Notes: generated from the sequence alone by a model not told the origin. Shown: positions 16,623 through 29,393, counted from the stretch's first letter. The stretch is 37,343 nt of DNA from Candidatus Woesearchaeota archaeon (GCA_018221085.1 JAAOXZ010000079.1:1-37343), one strand, 5' to 3'. Numbers and translations: made by a program.

Positions 16623-16982
16623 ATGGCAACTAAAAAATGGTGGGGTAGATCTGTTAGTGTAGATTTACATGATTGTGAGAAAGAGTTACTTCAAGATCCA
16701 GAAAAAATCAAAAAATTCGTCAGAGCATTGTGTAAAGAGATAAAAATGAAAAGACACGGTCCAGTTCGGTTAGAGCGTTTTGGTCATGGTGATTTAAGAG
16801 GCTGGTCGATGCTGCAATTTATCGAAACTTCTTCTATCTCTGCCCATTTTGATGAAAAGAATGGCCGGGCATTTATCGATGTTTTCAGTTGTAAGAAATT
16901 CAATTCCAAAGCCGTTGTTAAATTCTGTCAGAAATTTTTCCACGCCAAATCAGTTACTAATTATGTCGAAGAAAGACTTTAA
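16623..16982 (+). CDS. speD: S-adenosylmethionine decarboxylase proenzyme (class I) family
   Basis: VDLHDC, ERFG, IETSSISAHF (pyruvoyl cleavage region) and IDVFSCK.F motifs. Confidence 0.85.
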   Translation: MATKKWWGRSVSVDLHDCEKELLQDPEKIKKFVRALCKEIKMKRHGPVRLERFGHGDLRGWSMLQFIETSSISAHFDEKNGRAFIDVFSCKKFNSKAVVKFCQKFFHAKSVTNYVEERL

Positions 16983-17449
16983 TTGTTACAATCTCTAATA
17001 TCTTCTAATACTATGGCCTTTTCTTGACAGATTAATACTTCGTCATACATCTTTACTTTGGGTATTATTTTAACTTGTCGTAATTCTCCCAGATCATTAA
17101 CGTTATAATCTATATACTTCAAATACGTTCCTGCCTTATCAATTTTAGCGTCACTCAAATCCCTAGTTATCGCTTTTTCTGTTCCAATAATACTCACTGT
17201 CAAACCATCCACTTTAATATTAATGCCATTCTCTACAATTAAAAATAATCTATTGCCCGATCGATCTAAACAAAATTGGTCTTCTCCACCCACATTAGAA
17301 ATTTTTAAACCAATACTAATAGAACATTCTGATTCTGATTCTACTTGGGCCCGACCAAAATTCATAATCACTACTCCTAAAGCTACCGCGAAAGATATTA
17401 ACAGTAATGTGGCCATTAAAGGCGTGATTCCTTTTTTTCCCCAACTCAT
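16979..17449 (-). CDS. archaeal type IV pilin-like protein
   Basis: Class III signal peptide KKG/ITPLMATLLLISFAVALG; paired cysteines. Confidence 0.88.
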   Translation of the reverse strand: MSWGKKGITPLMATLLLISFAVALGVVIMNFGRAQVESESECSISIGLKISNVGGEDQFCLDRSGNRLFLIVENGINIKVDGLTVSIIGTEKAITRDLSDAKIDKAGTYLKYIDYNVNDLGELRQVKIIPKVKMYDEVLICQEKAIVLEDIRDCNN

Positions 17450-17450
17450 T

Positions 17451-17882
17451 TTATCCTTTCCAAACCTTCCCTTTGTATAAAATCTCTTTTATTCGATGCA
17501 TCGGAATAAAAATTTCTTTATTTTTTTCTTTAAGAATCAAAAAAGACTTTTCAATTTTTTTAATTCTTGCTGCAGATAATAAATGGTGCTTTTTCTTAAT
17601 TTTGTCGTGATATTTGATAGTAAACTCTGATTTATTTTTATGATGATGCACCGCATCCAATAATTCCCCTATTGATTTTTTAGTTTTTTTGAAAAAATCA
17701 ACTTTTTTGAAAATCAAGCTAGCAAAGAATAAGATTGATACTCCAGTAATTAAACTAAACACTGGATTTACTAAAAATCCCAAATTACCCAATCCATCCC
17801 AAATTCCTGCCCAAAAAAGAACCATACCCATCACTCCAAAAGCATTCCAAAAATAACGTTTTATTTTATGTCTACTAACCAT
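17451..17882 (-). CDS. two-TM protein with a C-terminal MJ1316/DUF504-like domain
   Basis: Two TMs, then I.Y.D...IFIPMHRIKEILYKGKVW; paralog of the adjacent gene. Confidence 0.75.
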   Translation of the reverse strand: MVSRHKIKRYFWNAFGVMGMVLFWAGIWDGLGNLGFLVNPVFSLITGVSILFFASLIFKKVDFFKKTKKSIGELLDAVHHHKNKSEFTIKYHDKIKKKHHLLSAARIKKIEKSFLILKEKNKEIFIPMHRIKEILYKGKVWKG

Positions 17883-17883
17883 T

Positions 17884-18324
17884 TTATAATTTCCAATAAG
17901 ATTTTCCTTTATGTACTGCTTCGGTTATTCTATGAGCTGGAATAAAAATTTCCCGTTTTCCAGATTTATCTTTAACAATTAGACAATCGTTCTCAAAGTT
18001 CACAATTTTTCCTGCCGGAACAGAAATCTGTTTCTTTTTTACTTTATCGTAATATTTAATATGGAATTCATGTTTTTGAGGATGATTTTTAACCTTATGA
18101 ACAATCTTCCGGACTGCTTTTTCTAAACTGCCGGAAGGATCAAATTCCTTGATAATTAATCCTGAAAAAGTTAGTATGGCAAAACCGACAAACAATGCTA
18201 CCCATTCATTACCTAAGTAAGGTATTTCATAAAGTCCTTCCCATAACCCTTTCCAGATAAAGATGATACCTATCGCTACCAATAACGACCAAATAAAATG
18301 TCTATCTTGTTCTCTTAAAAACAA
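17884..18324 (-). CDS. two-TM protein with a C-terminal MJ1316/DUF504-like domain
   Basis: GGTGA RBS before the TTG start; two TMs, then IKYYD...IFIPAHRITEAVHKGKSYW. Confidence 0.75.
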   Translation of the reverse strand: MFLREQDRHFIWSLLVAIGIIFIWKGLWEGLYEIPYLGNEWVALFVGFAILTFSGLIIKEFDPSGSLEKAVRKIVHKVKNHPQKHEFHIKYYDKVKKKQISVPAGKIVNFENDCLIVKDKSGKREIFIPAHRITEAVHKGKSYWKL

Positions 18325-18423
18325 TGTATCACCTTTTTACTCAGTATCTATTTTTCTAACATATAAATATCTTTCTGAAATAAAAATAGAATATTTTAAA
18401 AACAAATTAAATATCCTTTAAGT

Positions 18424-18984
18424 ATGAAAATCACTGAAGAACAAGCCATTGCTATTCTTAAGAAACATGCCCCCAATGGTAGAGTTTTTCAAATTGTTTT
18501 ACAGCATGGCAAAGCAGTACAATTAGCGGCCCTTTCTATTGCCCAAGCCATTAAAAAAAGAAGACATAAGGTTAATCTAGATTTAATCACTACTGCTTCT
18601 ATCTTACATGACATTGGTCGATTTACTTGTCCACCCAATACCAAATCATCTCTTAAACATGGTATTGCCGGCGCTAAAATACTGAGAAAAGAAAAGTTAC
18701 CTAAACACGCTCGTATCGCTGAAACTCATCTCGGAGCCGGTATTACTAAAATCGAAATTATTAAACAAAAACTTCCTTTACCTAAAAAAGACTTCTTACC
18801 TAAGACTATCGAGCAAAAAGTCATCGCTTATGCCGATAATCTGATCTTGGGAGATCGTCCCGGAACTGTTTCTCAGATTGTGGAACGCTTTGAAAAGGAA
18901 AACTTACCTCTTTCTGCTAAAAAACGATTAATTAAGCTCCACAATGAAATAGAGAAGTTACGTGGCGGACTACAAACATTGTAA
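18424..18984 (+). CDS. HDIG-type HD-domain phosphohydrolase
   Basis: H...LHDIGR...HG..GA.ILR...ETH.GAG...YADN motifs. Confidence 0.92.
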   Translation: MKITEEQAIAILKKHAPNGRVFQIVLQHGKAVQLAALSIAQAIKKRRHKVNLDLITTASILHDIGRFTCPPNTKSSLKHGIAGAKILRKEKLPKHARIAETHLGAGITKIEIIKQKLPLPKKDFLPKTIEQKVIAYADNLILGDRPGTVSQIVERFEKENLPLSAKKRLIKLHNEIEKLRGGLQTL

Positions 18985-19046
18985 CACGACTTCTAAGTAA
19001 CAAAAAACACAGAAACTTTTATAAATCTCCTTCTAAAATTAATGTC

Positions 19047-19325
19047 ATGGCAAAAGTTAATGATCCTTATGATGCAGTGAAGGTAGAAACAGCAGATTAT
19101 ATCTCCAAATTAATCCTTAAAAATCCTAGATTGGCAGAGGTTTATCAGAAGGATCCAGAAAGAGCAGAAAGTATCCTTGAATTTTATACTCATTTAGCTA
19201 TTGGCAATATATTATTAAGTCCTAGTTTAGATGAAATGGTAAGGGAGTTTTTCAATAAAGCAACCAGAGAAACTTTAGATTTAGTCCAAGCCATTACAGA
19301 ATCTGCAGGCAAACCCAAAAATTAA
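19047..19325 (+). CDS. hypothetical protein
   Basis: 92-aa ORF with upstream TTTTATAAAT. Confidence 0.7.
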   Translation: MAKVNDPYDAVKVETADYISKLILKNPRLAEVYQKDPERAESILEFYTHLAIGNILLSPSLDEMVREFFNKATRETLDLVQAITESAGKPKN

Positions 19326-19342
19326 TCCAAAAAAGAGGTTCA

Positions 19343-19978
19343 TTGAAAATGGACTTATATGAATTAAAAAAAGAGCAGTACAAATTAGCACCCAAAGTTA
19401 TTCTTAAAGATAATTTCAATAGAATAAAAACCATTGGAGGAGTAGATTGCGTTCAATATCAAAATAAATTAATTGCCTGTGTCGTAGTTTGTGAATTCCC
19501 TTCTTTAAAATTTCTGGAAAAACAAACTGCCATTCTACCTGACCCCTTACCTTTCCGTCCTGGATTTCTAGCTTACCGAGAAATGCCAGCCATTATCGAA
19601 GCGTTTAATAATTTAGAACAAGAACCTGATTTGTTGTTAGTAGACGGCTCTGGTGTCCTTCACCCTAGGAAGTTTGGCATGGCTTCTCATTTAGGTTTGG
19701 CCTTAAACATACCTACTATTGGCATCACTAAAAAAATATCGGTCGGTAGAATTGAAAATAGCAAAGTTTACTTAGAAAAAGAATTAGTTGGTTTTGAGGT
19801 AGAAACTCGAGAACATGCCAATAAACTTTATATCTCTCCGGGCCATCTGGTATCTTTAGGCACTACTCTCAAGACTATCCAACAAAGCATTAAAGTCCCA
19901 CATAAACTACCAGAACCCATCCATCTAGCTCATAGATTAGCTAAGAAAAAACTAAAGAAACTACAAAATGTTAACTGA
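19343..19978 (+). CDS. nfi: endonuclease V
   Basis: GGVD, PF.PGFLAYRE, VDGSG.LHPR.FG.ASHLG, PTIG.TK, YISPGH and KLPEPI..AH motifs. Confidence 0.95.
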   Translation: MKMDLYELKKEQYKLAPKVILKDNFNRIKTIGGVDCVQYQNKLIACVVVCEFPSLKFLEKQTAILPDPLPFRPGFLAYREMPAIIEAFNNLEQEPDLLLVDGSGVLHPRKFGMASHLGLALNIPTIGITKKISVGRIENSKVYLEKELVGFEVETREHANKLYISPGHLVSLGTTLKTIQQSIKVPHKLPEPIHLAHRLAKKKLKKLQNVN

Positions 19979-20444
19979 AATAATCAAAAGTAAAGGTATT
20001 TATTCCTTTAAACACACTCCGCTAGGAGGCAATCTAGCCCCACCAGTCTTAGCAGTGCATCCTTATTTTCTTATTCCTGATTTAAGATCTGTTGACGAAT
20101 TCCATAGTGATTACTTAAATAATTTTGAAAGATTAATCAGTACTTATGATGGGCCATTAATCACTTTAGAAAGCTCTGCTAGTTTAAAAAAAACCGCCGC
20201 CCGTTATCAGCACTTAGGTAGAACAGAAAACACCATCTTTATTAAAACGTTTTCCAATACACCCCAACCACGTAGAATGAGCTGGGACGATTGTTTAGCT
20301 TTCCTTAAACAATTTGAAGAACCATTTCTTTTGGTGGGTGGTTATTTTCGAGGGGAATATGGTGGCTGTCTTGGAGCAACCAAAGGACAACTAGATAGGA
20401 AAAAAATAAAATGTATGGTTTTAGAAGAAATCACTTTTTCTTAA
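19968..20444 (+). CDS. hypothetical protein (possible cysteine-hydrolase-like alpha/beta fold)
   Basis: VLAVHPYF...LVGGY....GCL; overlaps the nfi stop. Confidence 0.65.
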   Translation: MLTEIIKSKGIYSFKHTPLGGNLAPPVLAVHPYFLIPDLRSVDEFHSDYLNNFERLISTYDGPLITLESSASLKKTAARYQHLGRTENTIFIKTFSNTPQPRRMSWDDCLAFLKQFEEPFLLVGGYFRGEYGGCLGATKGQLDRKKIKCMVLEEITFS

Positions 20445-20448
20445 TCAA

Positions 20449-20697
20449 TTAATAGGGAATTGGATTTTTCAATAACCACTTAAGACGTTCATGAACTGGC
20501 ATCTTATCATCTCTCATTTCCATCATCGCCAACATACTTTCTAATCTCTTTTCGTCAGAAATGCCTGTTAAATCACAACCAGTACAATGTCTTAAGAATT
20601 TAATTTCTGTACTATCATAACAACACCTTTCATTTGTTACAACTTCTTCAATTAAAATTTGATAATCTGAGTCAACCATACCACCGCCGAATAACAT
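20449..20697 (-). CDS. small Cys-rich hypothetical protein
   Basis: CC...CxxC; start uncertain. Confidence 0.5.
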   Translation of the reverse strand: MLFGGGMVDSDYQILIEEVVTNERCCYDSTEIKFLRHCTGCDLTGISDEKRLESMLAMMEMRDDKMPVHERLKWLLKNPIPY

Positions 20698-20831
20698 AGC
20701 GTATATAAACTTAGTGATTAAAGATTCATTGAGTAGGTTTTAGAATAAGATTAAGTAGAAATTCCAGCTAAAACAACAACTTTTATAAATAAAAACATAT
20801 CCCTTTTAATCAAGCAAAAGAGAGGGAATAT

Positions 20832-23800
20832 ATGACTAAAATCAATCGTTTATCTATCCACGGATTCAAAAGCTTTGCCAATAAAACCGACATTCTTTTT
20901 GATGATAAATTCAGTACTATTCTAGGTCCTAATGGTTCCGGAAAAAGTAATGTCGGAGATGCTATTTGTTTCGTTCTAGGAAGACTCTCTGCTAAATCTA
21001 TGCGGGCAGAAAAAGCCGCCAACCTTATTTTCAATGGTGGGAAAAAGAAAAAACCTGCTGATAAAGGTACTGTGGAAATTGCTTTCTGTAATAAAAATAA
21101 AAAGTTCCCTCATCAAGACCAAGAGATCGTCCTTTCCAGAACTATCACCAAATCCGGCAGTAGTATCTACCGTATCAATGGGAAAAAACACACCCGTACC
21201 GAAACATTAGATCTTCTCTCTGCCGCTAGAATCAATCCTGATGGACACAACATCATCTTACAAGGAGATATTACCCGTTTAGTAGATATGTCCCCAGTAG
21301 AAAGAAGAAGGGTTATCGAAGGTGTCAGTGATATTTCCCTATATGAAGAGAAAAAACACAAGGCCCTCTTAGAGTTAGATAAAGTCGAAGAAAAACTCAA
21401 CAACGCCGAAATAATCCTCAAAGAAAGAAAAACCCATCTCCGAGAATTAAAAAAGGACCGTGATCAAGCTTTAAAATTCAAAGACTTTAAAGAAAAAATT
21501 GATTCTAACAAAGCCACCTATCTTAATATCCAAATCAAACATAAAACTAAAATCAAAAATCAATACGATACTCAAAATACTACTTTCCAAAACAAAATCA
21601 ATCAATTAGCAGGTAAAATTGATCAAATCAAAATAGTAGTTCAAAAAAACAAAGAAAAAATAAAAAATTTAAATCAAGAAATAGAAAACAAAGGAGAGCA
21701 GGGACAAATTAAAGTCCACAAAAATATTGAAGAATTAAAAATAGCTTTGACCAAGAGTAAAACTCGCATCTCTACTTTGAAAGATGAACTCACTAAAATT
21801 GCCCAAAGAAAAGCTCAGTTCCATGAAGAACTTAAGGAACACGATCAAAAAACAATTCAACTAACACAACAAAAACAACAACTTCAAACCCAACTAACAG
21901 ATAAAACTAATCAACAAAACTTGATTGAAGGAAAAATAGCCAATTTCAAGAAGAAGAACAATCTCGAAAGCACCCAAAATCTAGAAAAATCCATTGAGGA
22001 AAAAGATCAAGTTATCGAACAGAAACAGGAAGAAATTCAAACCATTAGAAAACAGCAGCAAGACCTGTACCGAGAAAAAGATCGCGTGGAATACCATTTA
22101 CAAACGCTTGATGAAAAAATAATTAAAGTCCAAGAGATAGAGAAAGAAAATAAAGGACAAGTTAGTCAATTAAAAAATAACAAGAAACAATTTAAACACT
22201 CTACTCTTAAACTCAATAACTGTTTAGAACAAGAAGGTAATTTTGCCTCTCAACTAGCTAACCTCAGAAAAGGAGTTGATTCCTTACAAGAAAAAAAAGC
22301 TCGCTTGGATGCTCAAAATATTTCTCAAAAAGAACATCTTTTCCACAATATTGCTGTTAAAAAGATTTTAGAAAATAAAAAAATCAAAGGCATCTATGGT
22401 ACTGTCGCCCAATTAGGAAAAGTAGATAAGAAATATTCCACGGCCTTAGAAACCGTCGCCGGTTCTAGAACTAATTTTATCGTCGTAGAAAATGACCGAG
22501 TTGCCGCCGAGTGTATTAAATATCTCAAAAAGAACCGCTTTGGTGCCGCTTCTTTTATTCCCTTAAACAAAATAAAATCACATAGTATTTCTACCGAACA
22601 CAAAAAATTAACCAAACGTGCTGGAGTTCATGACTTTGCTATTAAATTAATTAATTTTGATAAAAAATACCACAAGGCTTTTGCTTATGTGTTTGGAGAC
22701 GCTTTAATCCTAGACAATATTGATACTGCCAAAAAAATCGGCATCGGTAAACTGCGAATGGCCACTTTAGAAGGCGATATTGCTGAAAGTTCTGGTGTCA
22801 TGAGGGGAGGATTCAAAAGGAAGAGAAATGCTGCTTCTTTCTCAGAAAGTGGTGCTGATGACGAATTAAAAAAGATTAAGCGACAACTGGAAGAACACCA
22901 TTCTTTAATTACTACCTTACAAACCAGAAGAGAAACCAATGAACAGGAAGTCTCTTCTTTACGTCATCAAAGATCCGAATTAGAAGTAGAAATTATTAAA
23001 ATGGAAAAAACGCTCCATTTAGATACGTCTGATCTAGATGTTTCTCAAGAACAAAAACAAGAATTAAGCCAGAACTTAGTTGCCGTCAATCAACAACTAG
23101 CTCAAATGCAAAAAAATATCGTTTCTATTAACACAGAATTGGCCGAATTAAAAACCAGTCGGCAGTTAATCAAAACGGAAATTTCTCAATTAAAAGATCC
23201 CCAATTATTGGCTCAACTAAGTGCCTTTGAAGAATCTAAAACTCAATTCCGGGAAGAATTAGCCGCCCTTAAAAACGAAATCAAAAATATCGATTTGAGA
23301 ACTACAGACCTCATGGCTCCCGAAAAAAATAAAATTTTAGCTATTTTGAAACAACACCAAAAAGAAGAAACTGATTTCAATCAAGAGATTTCGGGACTTA
23401 AAAATACGGTTAATCTTCAAGAAAAAAATCTTAAAGTCAAAGAAGAAGAAAGCGTGGAGTTCTATTCCAAATACAAAGAACTTTTCAATCACCGAGAAAA
23501 ATTAAGTAATGAGATTAGTCAAAAAGAAGAAGAGGTTGAAAAAATCAGAGATCGTAATCGTTCTTCAGAGATTGAAATTAATAAGGTTTCTTTAAAGAAT
23601 GCCGAAGTTAAGGCCAAACTAGCTGCTTTAGAAGAAGAATTCAAACAGTTTAAAGATACTCCTTTACTAAAAAATAAACCCGAAGAAGAACTGAAAAAAG
23701 AAATTAATCGTTTTGAAGTAATGCTTTCTCAAATGTCAGTCGTTAACATGAAAGCTTTAGAAATTTATGAACGAGTAGAAAGTGAATATCAACGACTAAT

Positions 23801-24323
23801 TGAGAAAAAACAAGGATTACATTCAGAAAAAGGAGACGTCATGTTAATGATGAATGAAATAGAGACTAAGAAAAAAGACCAATTCATGATTGCTTTCAAT
23901 AATCTTAATCAGAATTTCCAAAGAATTTTTGCCACCTTATTCCGGAAAGGGACCGCCCACATGGAACTAGAAAATCCCGACAACCCCTTTGAAGAAGGGA
24001 TGAAAATTAAAGTGAAATTAACCGGTAGCCGCTTTTTAGATATTAAATCTTTATCTGGCGGAGAAAAAACTCTCACTGCTTTATCTTTTATTTTCGCCAT
24101 CCAAGAATACCAACCGGCTTCTTTCTATATCTTAGATGAAATTGACGCTGCCTTAGACAAACATAATTCAGAAACCTTAGCTAAACTAGTTGGAGAATAT
24201 TCTGCTCATGCCCAATATATCATGATTTCTCACAACGATTCTGTTATTGCTGAAGCCAGTACTCTCTATGGAGTTTCCATGGACGGAATGGGTATTTCTA
24301 AGATCACTAGTTTAAAGATTTAA
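20832..24323 (+). CDS. smc: chromosome segregation protein SMC
   Basis: GFKSF, Walker A GPNGSGKSN, hinge G..GTV.QL and TLEGD...SGVMRGG, LSGGEK signature and LDEIDAALD. Confidence 0.98.
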   Translation: MTKINRLSIHGFKSFANKTDILFDDKFSTILGPNGSGKSNVGDAICFVLGRLSAKSMRAEKAANLIFNGGKKKKPADKGTVEIAFCNKNKKFPHQDQEIVLSRTITKSGSSIYRINGKKHTRTETLDLLSAARINPDGHNIILQGDITRLVDMSPVERRRVIEGVSDISLYEEKKHKALLELDKVEEKLNNAEIILKERKTHLRELKKDRDQALKFKDFKEKIDSNKATYLNIQIKHKTKIKNQYDTQNTTFQNKINQLAGKIDQIKIVVQKNKEKIKNLNQEIENKGEQGQIKVHKNIEELKIALTKSKTRISTLKDELTKIAQRKAQFHEELKEHDQKTIQLTQQKQQLQTQLTDKTNQQNLIEGKIANFKKKNNLESTQNLEKSIEEKDQVIEQKQEEIQTIRKQQQDLYREKDRVEYHLQTLDEKIIKVQEIEKENKGQVSQLKNNKKQFKHSTLKLNNCLEQEGNFASQLANLRKGVDSLQEKKARLDAQNISQKEHLFHNIAVKKILENKKIKGIYGTVAQLGKVDKKYSTALETVAGSRTNFIVVENDRVAAECIKYLKKNRFGAASFIPLNKIKSHSISTEHKKLTKRAGVHDFAIKLINFDKKYHKAFAYVFGDALILDNIDTAKKIGIGKLRMATLEGDIAESSGVMRGGFKRKRNAASFSESGADDELKKIKRQLEEHHSLITTLQTRRETNEQEVSSLRHQRSELEVEIIKMEKTLHLDTSDLDVSQEQKQELSQNLVAVNQQLAQMQKNIVSINTELAELKTSRQLIKTEISQLKDPQLLAQLSAFEESKTQFREELAALKNEIKNIDLRTTDLMAPEKNKILAILKQHQKEETDFNQEISGLKNTVNLQEKNLKVKEEESVEFYSKYKELFNHREKLSNEISQKEEEVEKIRDRNRSSEIEINKVSLKNAEVKAKLAALEEEFKQFKDTPLLKNKPEEELKKEINRFEVMLSQMSVVNMKALEIYERVESEYQRLIEKKQGLHSEKGDVMLMMNEIETKKKDQFMIAFNNLNQNFQRIFATLFRKGTAHMELENPDNPFEEGMKIKVKLTGSRFLDIKSLSGGEKTLTALSFIFAIQEYQPASFYILDEIDAALDKHNSETLAKLVGEYSAHAQYIMISHNDSVIAEASTLYGVSMDGMGISKITSLKI

Positions 24324-24331
24324 AAAAAGAA

Positions 24332-24892
24332 TTAAATTGTATATTTTTTATCTCTAATAATCTCTTGGATTTCTTCGATTTTATTATCTACATCAAAATC
24401 AGATTGTACTGCATGAAGACGAATCTCTTCTAGCTCAAAAAGTATCTTTTCTACTCCTTGTACTCTTTCAGTTCGGTTAAACATACCTTTCTTAGGTAAG
24501 TTACTTGCTCTTGCTTTAGTAAAACGTAAAGCATTATTCACTGCAGTTAAAGCTATTACTAAAACTTCTGTATCTACTTTAGCGCCATATCCTGCATTCT
24601 GACGGTATTCTCTTGCTCTTCTCAAATGCCATTCTACTTCTCTTAAATCGCCTTTTTGTGCACTCATTTTACCATGGCGTAAAGCGATTTTAGTGCCCAT
24701 TCTATGGGCATTCTTAACAATTCCTTCAGAAACGAAAGTAGGTACTTCTCCAGCACGACTAGCTGTCTGCACAAAATATTTTGCTTCTGGAACAAATCCT
24801 TTTTCCGCAAAACGTTTAGCATGATATAAAGATTCTTTTACTCTTCCTTTTGCTTCGTCTAAAAGTTGTTGTTCTAATTGTGAATTATTCAT
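24332..24892 (-). CDS. hypothetical helical-repeat protein
   Basis: Internal repeat of L..AK..A.KG...E....L..A; GGAGA RBS. Confidence 0.75.
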   Translation of the reverse strand: MNNSQLEQQLLDEAKGRVKESLYHAKRFAEKGFVPEAKYFVQTASRAGEVPTFVSEGIVKNAHRMGTKIALRHGKMSAQKGDLREVEWHLRRAREYRQNAGYGAKVDTEVLVIALTAVNNALRFTKARASNLPKKGMFNRTERVQGVEKILFELEEIRLHAVQSDFDVDNKIEEIQEIIRDKKYTI

Positions 24893-24974
24893 TTTTTATC
24901 TCCTTTTTAAGTTTAGTTACTATTAAACAGTAATAAACTACTTATAAACATTTCGGTTATTTCAATAGAAATGA

Positions 24975-26188
24975 TTATACATATCGCGCCGGATTATTCA
25001 GAATATCAATCATTTCTGTCAATCGATAAGATTCTACCAAATTGTTGATAGTTCTCTTCTTGCTTTTATATCCCACTTGAAAACCTGTTCCAAAAGAAAG
25101 CCTTAATTCTTTATTGATTATTGGGCGGTCAGAAATTTTTTTGATTTTTCTCATACTAATGGGTTTACTAAAAACACTTCCTAAAAAGAATTTCTTTTCT
25201 GCTTTTTGTTGTTGTTCTAACTCCGATTTGGTACTGTCTCTTAAATCACAAGAGGCATCAAAATCTACTAATCCCACTCCCAAATAATCTTCATCTTGTC
25301 GATAAATAACTACATTACCTAAATGAGCATTAGTTCTTTCTGGATTATCGCTCCAAGATTGATTATTTCTATCCATTAATCTTTTTAGTCTCCCGGTAAT
25401 AAAACCTAAATCGTGGTAAAGAGAGGAAGCTTTTTGGCGATAATTTCCTAACCATTTTCGGTACTTTTCTTCAGAGTGCTTAAGCAAAGATGTTTCAGCA
25501 AAAGTAAAAAAGAATTTTGCTTCCAAAGCATAAAATAATTCATCTAAGCGGGTATCTCCCAACACCTTAATAATGCTAGTAGCTAATTTTTTACCTTTAT
25601 ACTGGTACGGATACTTGTAAAAACCCACACATTCCATTACGGGTTCTATTCCTTCACTGCGCAACACCCGATTAAATTTAGCAGAATAAGATTTTTCGTA
25701 ACGAGCATTAGCTAAAAATTGCCCTCCTTCAATCCAAGTATGGTCTGGACGATCATTCACACGGATAACTGCAGTGTCATAAATATCTTCTAAAAAATTA
25801 ATCCCTTTCAAACGATATAATTGATTAGTTACTGGATCGATAGTTAAACAAGAACGATAACCACTCCATAACGCAAAAATTTCATCCGCAAAAGGTATTG
25901 ATTCCAGCTGATTTAAATCAAAATAAGGATCGGAAGCATTTAATAAGTTTCCTTGAACTTTATCTTCTGCTGTTTCTGTTGGTTTTGGCATCCCTAAAAA
26001 AATAGGATATATTTCATAAACTGGAGAAGCGATTGCAAAAGGACCATTATGTAACATCGCTGGCACTTTCTTAGAACCTTCTAAAACAGTTTCTTTAGCT
26101 TCTTGAATTACTTCTTTATTTGGATTAGTTCTTTCTATAGAAACTAAGGTGGTTTTTTCTCTTTCCACTAACAAACGGTTGAGAGTCA

Positions 26189-26189
<1 letters not shown>
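24975..26189 (-). CDS. hypothetical protein with kinase-fold/SelO-like motifs
   Basis: SGYRS, YRLKG, EGGQ....ARYE, TRLDE, AHLGNVV and LVDFD. Start overlaps the gyrB stop (TAATG). Confidence 0.7.
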
Positions 26190-28090
<1,901 letters not shown>

Positions 28091-28263
28091 CTAGTTTCTG
28101 AGTTAAATTTTAAACCTTAAAAAAGTTTACTTATCGTCGACAAAACGTACTAAATCTGAAGACCTTTTTCTTTATAAAGCTTGTGGTTATTTCGGAAAAA
28201 AACACCACAAAACATATAAATCAATCATCATTTTTAACAGCAATTTACGGAGGAATAATAAAA

Positions 28264-28596
28264 ATGGCATTTAGTGGATTTAGTTATGTAATGGGATTTT
28301 TGTTTGGAATGGTAACTATGCCCATAACCGAGTATTGTACAGAAAAAACATCAGAACCAAGGGAAGTTCAACCAAATCAATTAGAACTCACTTGTGAAGA
28401 GTTAGGTAGTGAAGGAAAAGAAGTAACAATTGACGGCACACCCTATGCCTTCTTAAAATGTGATGACCAAGGTAGACCCGTGCTTACACTTTATGAAAGC
28501 AAATCTGCCGAAGTAACTCCAGAATACGGAATGTTACCTGGAGCTCTTTCCGAAAACATCCTTAAAGGTTACGATTCAGACGGTGGAATACAATGA
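28264..28596 (+). CDS. small membrane-anchored hypothetical protein, paralog of 5500-5757
   Basis: GGAGG RBS before ATG 28264; LELTC..IDGTPY..KCDDQGRP domain. Confidence 0.8.
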   Translation: MAFSGFSYVMGFLFGMVTMPITEYCTEKTSEPREVQPNQLELTCEELGSEGKEVTIDGTPYAFLKCDDQGRPVLTLYESKSAEVTPEYGMLPGALSENILKGYDSDGGIQ

Positions 28597-28895
28597 CGGA
28601 TGAACATGGTTGTGAAATGAGAGATGAATGTGTTTTGTACCAGCATAGAGAACGCTATAATCAAGGTAGAATAGAAATTCGTATTGATCAATCCTATTGT
28701 GATAGCGTCAGAGAAAGTGATCTCGATAAAACTGGTCATTGTCCGATTTACGATACCTCCATGGAAGGCGTAGCAGCTTTGTTAGAAATGGCTGCAAATT
28801 CTTTTGAAGAAGTTAGTAAAAAATTAGATGGCGTTAATACTGGTCTAGATAAATGTATTGCCCTGTTTAAATATCGTCCCGAAACAGATAAATAA
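28593..28895 (+). CDS. Cys-rich hypothetical protein
   Basis: ATGA overlap with the upstream gene; C.....C.LY...YC...HCPIY pattern. Confidence 0.75.
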   Translation: MTDEHGCEMRDECVLYQHRERYNQGRIEIRIDQSYCDSVRESDLDKTGHCPIYDTSMEGVAALLEMAANSFEEVSKKLDGVNTGLDKCIALFKYRPETDK

Positions 28896-28904
28896 TCTCC
28901 GTTT

Positions 28905-29393
28905 CTATCCTTTAAACATATAAGAAAGATTGTTGTATTCGTCTGTTTTGTAAACAGCAATACCTTCATCGTGCCATAGTACGAATTCTTCAATACCTAC
29001 ATCTAAAATCGATTTACTACAGATAGTACAATAAGGTTTTCCTGCCCGAGTTAGCTTTCCTTCTTTGTCAAGTCTAATAAAATATAATCTGGAACCTTTT
29101 ATTTTTTCAGAATTGTGTTTATCTAAAGCATCCATCACTGCTCTTTGTTCAGCATGAACACAACAAGTTTTATCCGTTACTTTTTTGTGATGAGAATCTT
29201 TGGATAAATGACACCTTCTTTGTGCTTCATCATTTCCCGGCGGAGAATTAAAACCCTTACCAAGAATCTCATCATCTTTGATAATCACTGCTCCACACTT
29301 ACTTCGCAAACAAGTAGCTCTCAAAGCTACTTCAGCTGCCTTTCTTAAACACATCTCCGCAATCCTTGCTTCTTCCCCAGTTAAATATCTCAT
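28905..29393 (-). CDS. dCMP deaminase family protein
   Basis: RATCLRSKCGAVI, GFNSPP, CVHAEQRA and PYCTIC zinc motifs. Confidence 0.92.
   Translation of the reverse strand: MRYLTGEEARIAEMCLRKAAEVALRATCLRSKCGAVIIKDDEILGKGFNSPPGNDEAQRRCHLSKDSHHKKVTDKTCCVHAEQRAVMDALDKHNSEKIKGSRLYFIRLDKEGKLTRAGKPYCTICSKSILDVGIEEFVLWHDEGIAVYKTDEYNNLSYMFKG

Noticed and set aside
20832..24323. SMC without an adjacent scpA; possible Wadjet- or Rad50-like system
   Set aside because: Canonical hinge-containing SMC with no jet, mre11 or nuclease neighbours; scpA can lie elsewhere
28181..28210. Inverted repeat TTGTGGT/ACCACAA upstream of gyrB
   Set aside because: Explained by back-to-back BRE/TATA elements of divergent promoters
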